Made by a program: the position numbers and the translations under genes. A stretch of 64,000 nt of DNA from Phoronis australis (taxonomy: Eukaryota > Animalia > Phoronida), in the NCBI GenBank assembly GCA_002633005.1, contig NMRA01000088.1, positions 244,186 through 308,185 of the forward strand, in the 5' to 3' direction. The notes under the pieces are model-generated. The model saw nothing but the letters and a program-made list of their open reading frames with translations. It made no database searches and was not told the DNA's origin. Position 1 is the first letter of the stretch. Each line of letters opens with the position of its first letter. Positions 43,960 to 56,082 of the stretch are shown piece by piece.

Positions 43960-45441
43960 GTAGGTGACAGAGGAGCATGTGGTGTAGAAACAATACAGTG
44001 ATTAGACCTGTATATACTCTGGCCAGGCAACTGCCTGCAATTAGATCCGGTGTGGTGCCTTATCTTTATTTAGTGCTGCCATTGGCATCAGAGCTTCATT
44101 TTTTAAGGTTGTCAAGACTGCAGTGGGATTCGATATGTAGCCGTAGTGTTCGAAGAGTCCAACTTCTGCGTTTAGATATTTGGCCAGAGTATTTACATGA
44201 CTGACCCCTGAGTTGTTTTGCTGTTTTGGCAGATTTGATTTCAATGATTGCTTTGCACACTGAAATTCTAAGTGATAGGTTTATAATTAGCTCATTTTCT
44301 CTTTCCAAAACGTGTCTTAAATGCCATTACACTAACAATATATGTTTATACACCCTTTTTTCTAGCAAGAAAGCAGGCAATTAAAATTTCTACTGTTCTA
44401 TATCCAGTCTTAAATAATGTAAGATCAAAATTCTTACTGGGTATGCGTAGTACTTTCTAATGGGCTGGTCAAGATTACACCTTTGTGAACACCAGTTCAA
44501 CAAGAGAAGCCTTCTGCTTAAGAAAAAGGTGTGCATGAGATATCAGTCACCAGAGGGAAAAGGGTGCCCATGCCTTCCGAGAGAGGAATTGTTTAATTGA
44601 GGAGAAAGTCCCTTTCTGTTCATCCCCATTTCCACCCCCGGATGCTGCCCCTCAAGTAGCCAAAACTAATGTTTTGCATAGTGCTAACTTTGAGAATTTT
44701 TCAGTCATTAAAGGGTTTTTTTGGCTTGATGATGCGAATTTCTGTTTTTAAATATTTTTCTGAGGGGGGCGTCAGTATAGATCTTAATTTTTGTTCGATG
44801 GCCTCAACAAAGAGTTGCAGGTCAGTGACACTGTATGCTCCTTGGGGGGGTTTGCTTTGGTGGAGACCTGGGACTCATCTAGGATTTGAAAAGTGGGGTC
44901 CAAATTGTTGAGATTGACTCTTGCCATATGCGGGGATTCCGCATGAGGTCATGGTTATGTCACGGGATGGGGACGCTTTCTCCCCGAAAACCATGGCTGC
45001 CAGTATTTTCTGATCATCAATGTGACATTTACAGTAAAAATAGACAGTGATAGTCTGATCTCAATTTATATCTGACTATTAATCTAAAACAACAAATTGC
45101 AGGTTTCAATAAAATTTATCAATCAGAAATGTTAAAATTCTTCGTTTCGCTGTTGTTTTCGTCGAGGTTGTCTTGAAATGGGCTATCTTTTTTGTCTCTG
45201 CCGTTCTGTCCGAGCCGTGACAGCAGCTAGATGAGTCCCAGGTAGAGTTCATATGTGGAAATCGGGTTGTATTTTAGTTTATCATCTGATAATCCAGTAA
45301 TCCAGCTGTAATTTCGTGTTTTTTCTGTTTGTGATGTGTACAGAAGAAAGTAAGTTCCTTCTTACTGATGTTTTTGTGTACACAGCAGGGGAATATGTTC
45401 ATGACTGTCACTTGCTCATTTATCGAACTTCTTTTCTTCAG

Positions 45442-45548
45442 ATGCAGTCCAGCTGAAAAGAGTCAAATTTGATGCCAAACTCGAGTTTGAGTACATCAAC
45501 AATTTCAAGCTGCTCCAAGCAGCGTTTAACAAGGTCGGCTGTGATAAG
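45442..45548 (+). CDS. MAPRE: MAPRE coding exon 3
   Basis: [35 protein letters not shown]; cttcag| ... |gtaggt; 107 nt. Confidence 0.95.
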
Positions 45549-46689
45549 GTAGGTGATGCCGTCGCTAGAATCTGGCAGTGTCAACCCGATGTTTTGGTGA
45601 CCTTTAAAAGTGTCTCAAAGTTGTATCTATGTATGCCTGTGTGAAGGATCGGGGGAAATTCGCGCGATCTTTTGGATTGCAAATCTGTCCTTAAATTTGC
45701 TGTTTACATAGTCTGCTACCAGGACGTTAACAGAGATGGGGAGCATTCCGTAGACCTTGTATCTTGCGAGAAAAGCAAGATTTTTGCAAAATCTTTCAAG
45801 TGTGCTCGGGAGCTTATTAGCTTGTCAGAGCAAACTGACAGTGAAGTGATTGGTCGGCAAGGTTGTAGTGTTTAAAGTTTTGTGTACCCTTATTTCACAA
45901 AAAAATACCATTAAAAACATCGGCGCTAACTGCACATGGTTTTTGAGCATTTCTATCGAAGTTTTAATACAGAAAAATTGGTGAATGCTGGTGAAAGGAC
46001 TTTTTCCCGATCAATGTATATTTCAAAAAATATTTTTGCCAAAAAGGCATGCTCACGTGACTATGAGAATAGTACAGTGTAACAGTTGTGAATGACAATT
46101 AAATTTGTCTCGATTCGCAGTTTCAGGAAATATACACTTTTATGAGTTGACAGTCGCTAGTTACTTAGATATTTCAAGAAGAAAAACATTTAATTAGGGG
46201 TACACATCACCTTACTTTATGGGATTGAATTTAGTTTTAGTGTTCCAAAAGGGAAGATTTATCGTTATGTGTTCAAGCTAATGTCTTACGGTCTTAAGGA
46301 ACTCAACCCTGTTCTCGCATTTGTACTTCTGGGTTTGCTTCTGCATGCTTCATGAAGTCATGGCACTTGGCAAAATTGCAAGTTTTTCGGGATGAAGTAG
46401 TCACCCTCCACCTGGTTGCCCAAGTGGCTGTAGAGATCATGGGGGTAACCTTGGTAGCAAGGAGCTATTTGTATTTGTAACAATCGTTAGACAAAGCTTT
46501 CAAAAAACTGCGGACAATCGGAACAATGTCGGAAGACCTTCAAAATTGAAAAAAGGCAATTTTTGGCCTTTATTTGTGAAGGAAATCGGCGATATGTTAC
46601 CATGGAACTTGCCACGCCACCTAGTAGCCAGTCTTATTGTTATTGTCGGTATCAGTGTTGGTGTAATGGAGTTGCTTTTCCGGGCACAG

Positions 46690-46909
46690 GTCATTCCCAT
46701 CGAGAAATTGGTGAAGGGAAGGTTCCAGGATAACTTTGAGTTCCTGCAGTGGTTCAAGAAGTTCTTCGATGCCAACTATGGGGGAGCTGAAGAGTACGAC
46801 GCACTGAGTAGGCGCGGTGGCGCGGCGGTGGGATCAGCCAAGCGCCCAGGGGCAGTGGGCAGGGGCAAACCAGCCGTGTCTAAGGCAGCTGCACCGAAGC
46901 CAAAGCCAG
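46690..46909 (+). CDS. MAPRE: MAPRE coding exon 4
   Basis: [32 protein letters not shown]... then basic Gly/Ala/Pro linker; cacag| ... |gtgagt; 220 nt. Confidence 0.97.
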
Positions 46910-47359
46910 GTGAGTGCATTATCGCCGCTGGTCGTTGCGACTGGCCTGCGGTCTGAATTTGATGAATGTGTAGTCAGTGGTTGTCTAGGAATGATGGAAA
47001 AGTACGTTTAAAATGGTTCATTGAACAATATTTCTCCTATTGCATACAGTTTCCTGAGGCTGTTTTGAAGTGGAGATGTAGTTACGTTATTTCTAAAATA
47101 TATTGCCAACTCGCTGAAATGGGGCTGTCAGAATTCCAAGATTGCTAAATGGGATACAAGGTTGCAAAATAGTTCTTTCCTATTGTATAGCATCACCTTG
47201 TGGATGTTAAATTGCAAAGTCCTAGGTTGCCCATTATTGTTGAGCAGGAGTTCATCCAGGATTTCTAAAATGGGAGGCTCAGTATGGGTTTCCCAGTTTC
47301 TGAGGACGTCTATGACCAATATTGTGTGTTCACATTTTTACAACCCCAAGTCAAACTGC

Positions 47360-47900
47360 AGTTGCATTTGGCGACCTGGCAAAGATCTGAGGTCGCCAAA
47401 TGAAATCTGATGTTGGCCAAAACGGAAAATCCCTGCTCAAAACAAAAGATGAGGTTGCCCACGAGGCATATAGATCAACGACTAGAAAAATGCACGGTTT
47501 TAACGCGGAAGTCACCCATTCCCTTGCGTGAACCTCTCCAATTTCTACCTGTAAATGTACATTCAATTTCTAATTTCCTTCCACGAACATAGAACGCAGA
47601 GGACCGCATCAACTGGTAGAGTGCGAATTTCACCGATCTTGCCCGATTTTTGCCGAATAATTCCAACTTCCGTCTCTTTACTTCATGTTGTAATTTAAGC
47701 ATGTTTGATGTGTTGGCAAATGCACTGATTTAACGAAATAAACGGTAGAACAATTTTGTATCAAAAGTATTTAATCTAGGAAAACTTTTAGTAATTTAAG
47801 ATTTGGAAGTTGGTACGAACTGTGAAACGAATAAAGAAGGAATTATTGTCGGACTTTGATACTCGCAGTGGCGACTTCGTGGCGACAAACGCAATCTGAT
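47360..47900 (+). mobile_element. Dispersed repeat homologous to 22050-22422
   Basis: Shared end segments; TGGCGAC/GTCGCCA subterminal-type motifs. Confidence 0.65.
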
Positions 47901-48062
47901 GTCACAAATCGAGCGCTTCCTGGTCTGCATTCTAAACAATGTTTCTGTTTGTTTACTTGAAGGATGGGCCATAATTTCCTTCTGGTTTTAACTGTTCACA
48001 CTGTAGTTTGTCACTCATTGTCCTAGTGTTTATTAAATCACTTTTCCCCCGTTCCACTTTAG

Positions 48063-48175
48063 CACCAGCTGCACCAGTCAGGAACATGTCTGCAGGTGGG
48101 GCTCAGCGCTCGGCAGGGGGCAAGTCAGCAGGTGATCCCGCCGCTGAACAGAAAATCACAGACTTAACCAAACAG
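48063..48175 (+). CDS. MAPRE: MAPRE coding exon 5 (linker, start of coiled coil)
   Basis: APAAPVRNMSAGGAQRSAGGKSAGDPAAEQKITDLTKQ; ctttag| ... |gtaggc; 113 nt, phase 1 to 0. Confidence 0.88.
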
Positions 48176-48957
48176 GTAGGCACAGGTCTCTACAAAATCT
48201 GTGCATTTAGTTGAATATCTGCAAGAACACATTAAGGGGATCACGCTGGGTAATTATGATTTATTTTCTGAAAGAAATCTTGTAAAAGAGAGTCCTTTCA
48301 CATTGTTTCAAGCGTGGACAGTTTGAGTGCACACTGCCCATCAGGTAAAGCCCCAGGTGAGGGTATAGCGAAAAAAACCCCGGTGCTTTTTGCAGTATCT
48401 CATGCTGCATTTCCCAGAGGGTAGCTGGTAAAGGACAGTGCACACGGTGCGATTTTACAGCACCGACATTGTAGCCTATAAGAAATGGCATTGGGTGGGC
48501 TAGTTTATGACTGAATTGTATTGTGTGTGCTGGGTCAATGATACGGCAGTTTGGCCAATAAAAAACACGAGGCCTCCTGACAAAAGATTGTGTTTTGTGC
48601 ACTGGCCTTCAAGCCCCAGATCCATATAAGCATGGATGAACATGGCAGTGCTGAATCCCAGTGGATCAAGATCCAGGATACCTTTTTTGCCGTGAATTTA
48701 CCTTTCAGGCTTTTTACTTTCAGAAAATATATGTATTTTTATGGAGTCACTTGCTATATTTTTGTTGATGTTCGGCTCACTGCACTTGTTGATAAGGTAC
48801 CACTTAACCTAAACTAAACTGTGGGTTGTGCAAACACCGTGAATGTGATCTTAGGGCAAAACGTGCTCTAACCATAAAATGTCAAGTTTTGCTCAATTCG
48901 GTATTGAGGTTGTGTTCCCGCTGCCCCTTTTTATAACTCGCCCTTTCTCTTCATCAG

Positions 48958-49110
48958 GTCGACGAACTAGATTTGACAATCGAGGGTCTGGAGAGAGAGC
49001 GCGACTTCTACTTCGGCAAGCTCCGTGAAATTGAGGTGCTGTGTCAGCAGGAAGAGCTGGAGCAGCAGCCGGTGTTACAGAAAATACTCGATATATTGTA
49101 TCAAACAGAA
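48958..49110 (+). CDS. MAPRE: MAPRE coding exon 6 (EBH domain)
   Basis: VDELDLTIEGLERERDFYFGKLREIEVLCQQEELEQQPVLQKILDILYQTE; catcag| ... |gtgagt; 153 nt. Confidence 0.97.
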
Positions 49111-50741
49111 GTGAGTTAGAGGGTCTATGGGGGTGGGGTATGTGGGAGGGATGCAAGGGTTGGGGGGGGGGGATTGAATAGCTGTTAAAATCAGGAGTTT
49201 GGACAGACTACTTACTTTAATTCGATGCTCGACTCTAAAATTGACTAGTGACGTTGTGCGATGCACGATTGTTGTGTTTTCGATTGGGGTTGTTTGGTGG
49301 CCTTCCTTCTTGGTTCCGCACAAGGCAATTAGTAAAGGGCTAGACCATGACATAGGGCCAAGTCTCCAAACTCAAGCACGAGTCTTAACCAATCGCACTG
49401 CATGATTCGGGTAAACACGCAGATATGTACTCGAATTATGCACGGTGCCATGCCATTAGTAGTCGCGTATCAAGGCCAAATGTTAGACCCTGGTCCAGAC
49501 CTGTGTACCGTACGCAAAAATGCGGATTTAGACTGTAATTTAGCTTGTGGTATGCAAATACACAAGACCAGGCAAAAATACGCACATTGGAAGCAGATTA
49601 TTTACTGAGATGTCACTCACTGATAAGCTAGCAATAGAAATTAGGAATTAAAAAAGAATATATATTCATATTAGTTTAATGCGAGCTGCAAAGTGGAACA
49701 CTTGCTCCAGTTCATTCTAAATATAGTAAGATAATCAATAAATCATAAGGCTTCTATCAATATTCATCATCACCGGCCTAAACTATAAGCAACGACTTCT
49801 GTGAATGGTGCGTTGTTTACTTTGTTTAATTCTGGCTATCTCCGCCTAAATACATACTGTTGTCAAAATGGCAAAGCATGGGAGGGACTGCATGTTCCGA
49901 GCTGTGAAGAGAATAGCTTCTGAAAGAAGGGAACATCTGTTTTTGCCCCGTTATTTGGAAGAATGGCAGTGTGTTGTGAATGGTTGAGAACATGTCATCT
50001 CGTGTAAAACATTTTTCAGTGCAGATTCATGAGCACTGTCTTTGCAGATACGTTTTTGTTTAGGAACGAGTATAACGTTTGAAGCAAGGAACTCCTTGTT
50101 GTGTGTCATTTCACAATTCACGCTAAATTACCGTTGCGGCGTGAATCTACATAGTTATGTAACTTCAGGAAGGAACCTTTCTATCGATTAACTGGATCTT
50201 TTCACTACTGCAAGTGCAGTTCACCAACTAAACACTTTAGAGAATTATGAAAATTGGCCGTCAAATCACCACGTGTATCAAACTGTTCCAAAGGTAAGAA
50301 ACTGGGAAAAGTACCAACTAAATACAGTTTCATTACGCTAACATGGTGAAAAGTTTGAATTTTCTATGTTTGGTCTGTACGCAAAAATCTGCAAATTTAC
50401 TGAAAAATATAGATATCTGGTGTCCAAAATATTCGATGCTGTTTCGATGGTACACAGGTCTGCTGTTCCCACAGGTTGTAAGTGCCTACCATCTGTTTAC
50501 GTTGGTTACGATTCCACAGGTGACATTTAGATAAAACTGAAGTTTTCAGCCCTACACCAGCTCAATATGGGTAAAGGTTTGCTGTCAATGACACAACAAA
50601 CACAAAGGCTTACCTCCAAACAGACAGAAACAACACTGCTACCAAGGATTTTGACCACAGATAATTTTTTTTTTTATGTCTATAGTGAGCCCCATCCATT
50701 CATTCTTTGCATACTGTGAGCTTAGGTTGTGTTGGAAGACT

Positions 50742-50973
50742 CAGGGCTTGGAATTTTCCGCTCTTAAGAGGATTCCCCTTTTTTTCCTCTTATTTGATTT
50801 CCAGTTTCCTCTTTTTCGTCTCTTTTTATTATGACTTTATTCATGCAAAAAGGTGTATTTCAGTTAAATTTTACAACAAAAAGTATTTCTGTCGCACAAG
50901 CCTATTTATTTGTGGAACTATACACCACCTGGAAAATTTTCCTCTTTTTTGTCATAGGTCATTCCAAGCCCTG
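50742..50973. mobile_element. Short hAT-like MITE, same family as 6454-6974, opposite orientation
   Basis: CAGGGCTTGGAATTTTCC ... GGTCATTCCAAGCCCTG; flanks aagact/taaact (degenerate 6-bp TSD). Confidence 0.85.
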
Positions 50974-52215
50974 TAAACTGTTAGCAAAGTACTCAGAATA
51001 GATTTTTTGTGTGCACGAATGTCTGTCACAAGTGTGCCAGATGGTCCTACGCACAAGCACAAAATATCTTTACCTCCAGGTGTTTTTATTCATTTCTGGG
51101 ATGATTTTGTTGGAAATTTTATTTGCTATAGTAAATGTAAAAAGACCACTGCGTGTACCATTGATTTATCGTTACAAACTTTTCGAGTCATAGTTATGAA
51201 TCACATTCTACTTTGATGAAATATAGAAATGATAATCAATACTCATGGAGATGACTTCAGCTTGCCAATGAATGTGCGGTTTGTACGTACGTTTCAACAG
51301 TTCACGGGGATGACTCTATGCTGTGCTTCCTTGAGTCTGTCATAGTCAGCATGCATTCAGTCTGATGCCAGGTTCTGACACCTATCCTTTTGGACAGTTG
51401 ACGAGTTATTAGGTAGTCGCTGTTGTCTAAAGCTGGGCATATCGCTTCACTCGCACGTGGCTGTCGTGTCTTGGCTCAGATTTAGATCATGTGATACAAG
51501 ACTGCATGGGATTGCACATGTCCAGACATTTAGTAGACTGAACGTGAAAGTGGCCGTTTTAACGCCTAAAACTACAGTTTAGGTTTCCTTTCCATCAAAC
51601 TGTTTTGTTAGTGTTAATATCGGGGCTTCCTTGAATGAATCTGACATTGTGGATTATTGAGTATTGTGTAAAGGGCGATAAGTTTTTAAAAGTACTAGGA
51701 CACTGACTAAACGTTTCCTCTTGTTTGCGTCATTCTAATTATGTGGCTGTTTCTTGACTAAATCCTGTTTCCCCACCTGCTGTGACTTGTGAATGCTGAG
51801 CACAAATATTGGGACTCCCAACAGGCCTGTCCACCTGGCAGAGCGAAAACGGAAATGTTTTTCCCCAGACAGCCTTTTCTGGTATGAACCTTGCTGTAAT
51901 GCTTAATGCAAAGAACTTTCGATGCTTTCCCTTGAATGCACTGTTTGTGTTCATTAATTCCTGTTTACCAATGATCAGACCTGGATCCAAGATGGCGACT
52001 GTGACGGCCATTTTTGGTGCCCAAAAATAAAGTCTTCTAAGTGTTAATTTAACAAACTTTATTCAAACCTGGCACTGATATTGTTTGCTGTTTTGTGTGT
52101 CGGTGTGCGAAGTTGATTTCTGCGAAGTTCACTGCTCCTGGGGTTTTAGCATTGCTCGCACTCTCGTTTGTCGTGACCGGGTGTTAACCAATCATGTGTG
52201 ACCTTGGTGTTTTAG

Positions 52216-52275
52216 GAGGGCTTTGAGGCGACGCAAGGTGTAGACGAAGACGGACAGGAGGCGGACGAGTATTGA
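52216..52275 (+). CDS. MAPRE: MAPRE alternative terminal exon 7a (acidic tail ending DEY)
   Basis: gtgttttag|GAG GGC TTT ... GAC GAG TAT TGA = EGFEATQGVDEDGQEADEY*; phase 0, in frame with exon 6. Confidence 0.88.
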   Translation, partial: EGFEATQGVDEDGQEADEY

Positions 52276-53561
52276 ACAGGTGCTGAACTCGTCTAACTAC
52301 CCCTACCACCTTTGTCAGTCCAACACCTGCTGTATCCAAACTTATCATATATGCATCTATTTAGCCCATGCACGTGTATCCGAAATAAGTCGTTTTTTTC
52401 TGAGAATTTTTTAGTCTTTTGTTACACATTTAAGCACATGCACCTAAGCTTCATTTGTGCAGGCTGCTATCCTTTGTAATCGTGCATGTCTTAAACTTTG
52501 TTTTTCTTGCATTTTGTCTATTCTTAGCTCTTTTATTCAGGTGCATTTAACCCGCACCTTTATCAAGAACTTTCTACTCAAGTTTTACTCGGGTGTCATA
52601 AATGCAGGCACATGCGCCTAGTTCCTTACTTGACATATAGGTGCACAGGCCTAAATATTTGCATATATGGTATCCTTGGTCCTAGTTAGCTCTCCAGCGA
52701 GTGCTAAATGAATGCCGTGGAATTAACTTCCTCTCATTTAACTTAAGAACTCTTCGTTAGATGGGGTTCTAGATAGCAATTAATTGTTCCACCAAATACT
52801 AAACAAATGACGTATAATTGACCCTCTCTATTAACACAAGAGGACGTAGTCAGATACTAACGGAATGCTTCAACGTGTAAGGCTCCTTAGTGTTTCATCG
52901 GTGAATACCTTGATCGGGCACTCGCTGTTTGTTGGTTCTGGCGTACTCGGTGTGGTCTCGTTCGAAGTCGTGTTTTTGGATTACCGCTTACGGACTCATC
53001 ACGTTACCGGTCGCATTCTGACCTAACTTGATCTTCTTCCCTCTTTCTTCTTCATTGTCTTAGTTAACCTTCCTGCTTTGTGTTGATCTAGCACATCTCT
53101 GGAAACAGGATGAGTTTTAACGTCTAACTTGCCATGCTCTGCAAGCTAATGTTTCCAATGTTGCATGTTGCACTCTCCTCTCTGAACGCCTCTCCTTATA
53201 CTTTTCTGCCTGCCTCTACCACAGGATTGCTGTTCACGTCACTGCACCCTGGTACAAGCTGTAAGAAACATGCAGGTTTAGTTGCCTGGATTTGGTTCAC
53301 ATTGATTAATGGTTTTGCTGTCTACATTCTGATGCTCGCTTGCCCCTGTCCTTGAATTCACTTGCTTGTCCTCTTTCTGCTGTAAAGCATTGTTATTGCC
53401 TGCTGAAACTATTATTGTACTGGTAGCTGTACAATTGTGATCACTAATGTCAGTGTTGGTTGCTAGACCTTACAAAAGCTTCTGATAGTATTAAGCGGTT
53501 GGGAAAAAATAGTGTCGGGTTTCATTGCGTGTGTCTTTGTACAATGTTCCTATGACACTAT

Positions 53562-53567
53562 AATAAA
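53562..53567 (+). terminator. Candidate poly(A) signal for the exon 7a isoform
   Basis: AATAAA about 1.3 kb after the 7a stop and upstream of the 7b acceptor. Confidence 0.4.
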
Positions 53568-55735
53568 AGACGGTAGTATAGTGACTAGTGCTTCGACTGA
53601 TTTCAGGTATATAATGGAATGGATTATCTTGACTGGGCTTAAGTTAGGTGGAAATCTAATCACAAAGCTTTAAATTACATAGTAGTTAGTCATTAGAAAT
53701 TGATCTATTGGGCAACTTTAACGGGTTGGCAAAGGGCTGAAAAAATGTCACCAACTTGCTATTTTTGGGACCTATGCAAACATATTTGGTGCAATATACT
53801 AGTTTCTCTAGTGGACAAGTCGGTAATTGTAAGTGGCAAAATTCCTGAAATTTGGACACAGAAATTATATATTTCTAAAATTTAAGAGATTTTTGTCATG
53901 AATTTGATAAAAATCAAGACTTGTTAGTCTTGAATAAGTCAAAATTTAAAGTTGAATTTGGCCCTGTTTATCTGGTTAAGAAAATAAAAATCAAATTAAG
54001 CCTTTTTTCTCATAAAATCTGAGGGAAGGACCAAAATCGATTTTTGTTTTCAGCCAGCTAAATTGAGCAAAATGCAGCTTTCGATAAATAACATTGATTT
54101 CAAAATTAAAAATGTTATCAGAGGAAGTAATGCCTGCCCATTGTGTTGAATATTTCTACGACCAGTTTCTCTGCCCAACACTGGAGATTGTACTTAAGGA
54201 ATCCCTACACCATGTATAGTGTTGTCAAGGAGATGTTCTTGTAGCCGCAAAAGCATAGATTTAACCGTTTTATGACACTGCCCCAAGATTTAATTTTGTT
54301 CACTGGAATCGTTTATTTACAAACTTTAGCAGTGTATCTTTGTTTTAATGCTCTTATCGTGCATGTGGTTTTTTGTGTTGTATTCACACAACACTTTTGA
54401 CATGGTGTAAACTGACACTGATCAGCTTGTCGGCAGTTTTCAGAGTGGAACAAGTTGCTTACATTCGTCTTGTTCGTGCACGACTAAACACAATGTGGTG
54501 TCGAGGCATAAGCGATTGAGTATTAGCGTACATACCAGTAGTCATTGTAAACCAGAGAAGTTGCACAATGACTTCTTGTTTGTGAGTTTGTTTTGTCCCA
54601 ATTTCCAAGGATGCCATGAAGTGGATCAACTTGCACCATGTCAATATGTTCTATGTAAATCTAGTTTTGGAGACCAGTTGATAGACACAAGTCTTAATTC
54701 AGTCTGCTATAAAATCATCTTCTGTCAAAAAACAAACTTGATTGAGGTTTCTTATCCTCATACAACTGGGCTGCATTCCATAGTCATGAAAACATTAGGT
54801 TGCGTTTGCACTGAAAAATCTTTGTGAATGGAAGGTAAACAGTGATTTCAATCCCACAATGCAACATTCCAACCTCGCCGACCAACTTTGCTTTATGCAC
54901 TCTTCTCCAAAATGCTGCTAACAATCGTTTTTTAAATATTCCACTTCTGCGTGATGTAGTATAAAAATAGGACTACGATTTTAGGGTTTGCCTGAAGTGT
55001 ATTCTTGATTTGCGGACTGTTTCGATGTTCTTGTTAAGGTATATCACGAGACCCAATTCATGAGAGCAAAAGGTCGAATTCGATTTTTGTTTTTAGCCAT
55101 CTAAGCCGGGCTGGGCTTAACAACATGTTTTGTAAAAAAAATGCATTTGAACAAAACTGATTACAGAAAATTACAATCTGCCATGGTCCAGCCAATGTAA
55201 AATACATTTGTACTCACCCCATGCTGCTTGTAGTGGGGAAAGGCAATTCTGCATGTCTCTGAATGTTCTGTTAATGGGCACATATGGTGTGCTCTTTCCT
55301 CTCCTTTTTCTTCTGTTAAGCATGGTTCAGGTAAAACAAGGAGGCATTGCTGGCTAAATGGCTCCATTCAGGAGGTTGACATGGGTGACGTTATTGTCAG
55401 AACCGACATTGGACGATTCCCACGAAGAGAATGAAAAGTTGAAATTTGTTGGGTGATGCCAATGAAAGGGCAGTACACCTGCGTAAATGATTGTGTGGTT
55501 TGGGTGGTCACGTGGAACTATCGTGCCAAGAATGCCTCTTATCTCGTAAAAGGTCTATTCAGTTTTGCACTTGATAATCTCAACAGCATTGCTGCAAGTT
55601 TAAGTTTAAACTTGAGCTTGTGGTATGAATCTAGGGATTATCTGGTTAGGATTGAGCTATATGCCTACCTGTGTAAACCATAATGTAATCCAGATGCACT
55701 ACCAAGGCTACATACCTGCAGTTCATAACGTAAAG

Positions 55736-55898
55736 TGTGGTAAATTCTCTCCAATTTAGGACAGAGTATGGCACACAGGCCTGTAGCATAGCCACCATTA
55801 GACAATGGGGGCACTCATAACAATGTTAGATGCCCATGAAAATGAATAAGCGCAATTTCGGCAATTAATTTTTCCGAAATTGGCGAGATTTTACCGTA
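55736..55898. mobile_element. MITE of the TACGGTAAAATCTCGCC family, ~125 bp upstream of exon 7b
   Basis: tgtggtaaattctctccaatttagg ... ccgaaattggcgagattttaccgta inverted pair. Confidence 0.65.
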
Positions 55899-56022
55899 GT
55901 GACGCAAAAGATATCAACTATGAGTTGAGAGTTAGGAGATTGGATTTCAGACCTAATTGAATATCTAGTCCTGCATTGCGAGTTCCGTCTATCGCATGTA
56001 ATTCTTTGCGTGCTCGTTTCAG

Positions 56023-56082
56023 GAGGGGTTTGCACCACCTGACGACGCAGCGGAGTTAGAGGAAGAGGTGGAGGAGTATTGA
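56023..56082 (+). CDS. MAPRE: MAPRE alternative terminal exon 7b (canonical EGFAPP...EEY tail)
   Basis: ctcgtttcag|GAG GGG TTT ... GAG GAG TAT TGA = EGFAPPDDAAELEEEVEEY*; phase 0, in frame with exon 6. Confidence 0.92.
   Translation, partial: EGFAPPDDAAELEEEVEEY

Noticed and set aside
55372-55434. Possible extra terminal exon EVDMGDVIVRTDIGRFPRRE*
   Set aside because: Weak polypyrimidine tract; no EGF, acidic tract or terminal Tyr
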